IMG/VR virus record: IMGVR_UViG_2974624538_000001
Coordinates: 46,771-110,770 of that record
DNA length: 64,000 nucleotides
DNA from: a virus
Lineage: Duplodnaviria; Heunggongvirae; Uroviricota; Caudoviricetes
Direction: 5' to 3' (one strand)
Position numbers and translations under genes: made by a program. The notes below the pieces were generated by a model. That model did no database searches. It was not told the DNA's origin and worked only from the letters and a program-made list of their open reading frames with translations. Below, piece after piece: positions 63,459 to 64,000 of the stretch (positions within the stretch are counted from its first letter, which is position 1; each line of letters begins with the position of its first letter).

Positions 63459-63860
63459 ATGGAGTCCACGGAAGGTTACAAGCTCGCTTTCACGAAGCAC
63501 GCTGAGGACCAGCTTGAAAAGAAGAGGGTTGGTTTTCTGCGAGCCCGTGAGGCTTTCGAGAATCCGGACAAGGTTTACCCCAATAAGAAGTATGCGGGTC
63601 AGTTCCGGGTTGTCGGAAACGGTATTTGCCTCATCGGTCGTCCGATGGGAAATACCTTCAAGGTTTTCACTGTGTATGAGGATGGCGTTATGACTCCGCC
63701 CCGTCCGGACCAGCTTGAGACGGAAGAGGGTAGGGCTTACGCTGAGCTTTACGAAAAGGCTCAGCGGAATAAGGGTCGGGTTGCTCGGAACAACGAGTAT
63801 TACCCTCGCGCTAAGAAGCGTGCTCAGGCACGTGACGTTCCTCACACTTACGTTCGATAA
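63459..63860 (+). CDS. hypothetical protein
   Basis: GAAGGGAGA RBS after TTGACA-loop hairpin+AAGCTT. Confidence 0.45.
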   Translation: MESTEGYKLAFTKHAEDQLEKKRVGFLRAREAFENPDKVYPNKKYAGQFRVVGNGICLIGRPMGNTFKVFTVYEDGVMTPPRPDQLETEEGRAYAELYEKAQRNKGRVARNNEYYPRAKKRAQARDVPHTYVR

Positions 63861-63879
63861 ATAAATATGTGATAACCTA

Positions 63880-63915
63880 GTGAAATCCGCCGCCCTCAAT
63901 TCCGGGGGCGGCGCG
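63880..63915 (+). terminator. rho-independent terminator
   Basis: CCGCCGCCCtcaattccGGGGGCGGCG. Confidence 0.55.
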
Positions 63916-63940
63916 TACTAAACTTAGGAGATTTGATTTT

Positions 63941-64000
63941 ATGCATAAGAAGACTGCGGCTATCGGAACGCTTCTTGCTTCGATGACTATGGTAGTAGGC
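63941..64000 (+). CDS. secreted/lipoprotein-like protein, 5' fragment (runs off the window)
   Basis: MHKKTAAIGTLLASMTMVVG signal-peptide-like start with TAGGAG RBS. Confidence 0.35.
   Translation, partial: MHKKTAAIGTLLASMTMVVG

Noticed and set aside
1-64000. CRISPR arrays, integrase/recombinase or transposase genes, prophage att sites
   Set aside because: No regularly spaced direct repeats of 25-40 bp with unique spacers were seen. No tyrosine/serine recombinase or transposase motifs were recognised. The repeated elements found here are heterogeneous structured RNAs and regulatory hairpins, not CRISPR repeats.

Overview
This 64 kb window reads as the replication and accessory region of a large tRNA-rich lytic phage. 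Almost all genes sit on the + strand, GC is about 48%, and a WhiB-like and an Lsr2-like protein suggest an actinobacterial host.

Recognisable genes include a DnaG-type primase C-terminus, a gp32-like single-strand-binding protein, a DnaE-type PolIII alpha subunit, MazG, a RecA-like recombinase, a Cas4/RecB-like nuclease, a RuvC-like resolvase, a DnaQ-like exonuclease, a dNMP kinase, a 5'-nucleotidase, glycosyltransferases with a cytidylyltransferase, small and large terminase subunits, and three HNH endonucleases.

Between roughly 18 kb and 50 kb the window holds about 30 tRNA genes in more than 10 clusters, including an initiator tRNA. It also holds several tRNA-like elements that do not fold canonically, and a phage-encoded tmRNA with the tag ANSNFALAA.

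The most striking feature is a Ro60/TROVE (Rsr) protein gene next to an array of at least seven Y-RNA-like elements. These share a GGGTCGGATG...GTTATCT...ACATATCC framework, and several carry a tRNA-like T-arm. Together they look like a multi-copy phage Ro60-Y RNA system embedded in the tRNA arrays.

The accessory content also includes an RNA-repair set (an Rnl-type RNA ligase, a polynucleotide kinase, a second KxDG ligase and a DEDDh exoribonuclease), a Macro domain protein and a NADAR domain protein, a thioredoxin, a vWA protein, an SPFH protein, a family of small KOW-like paralogues, and tiny hydrophobic peptides.

Three kinds of repeated non-coding signal recur. The first is a GC-rich hairpin followed immediately by CAAGCTT, found roughly 25-30 times upstream of ribosome-binding sites and abutting the 5' ends of two Y RNAs. 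The second is a set of sigma70-like promoters whose TTGACA -35 box sits in the loop or arms of a hairpin. The third is a 50-60 bp repeat with a GGGTTCGTAAAGRRCCC hairpin present in four copies between 50 and 58 kb. All coordinates were counted by hand and may be off by a few nucleotides.
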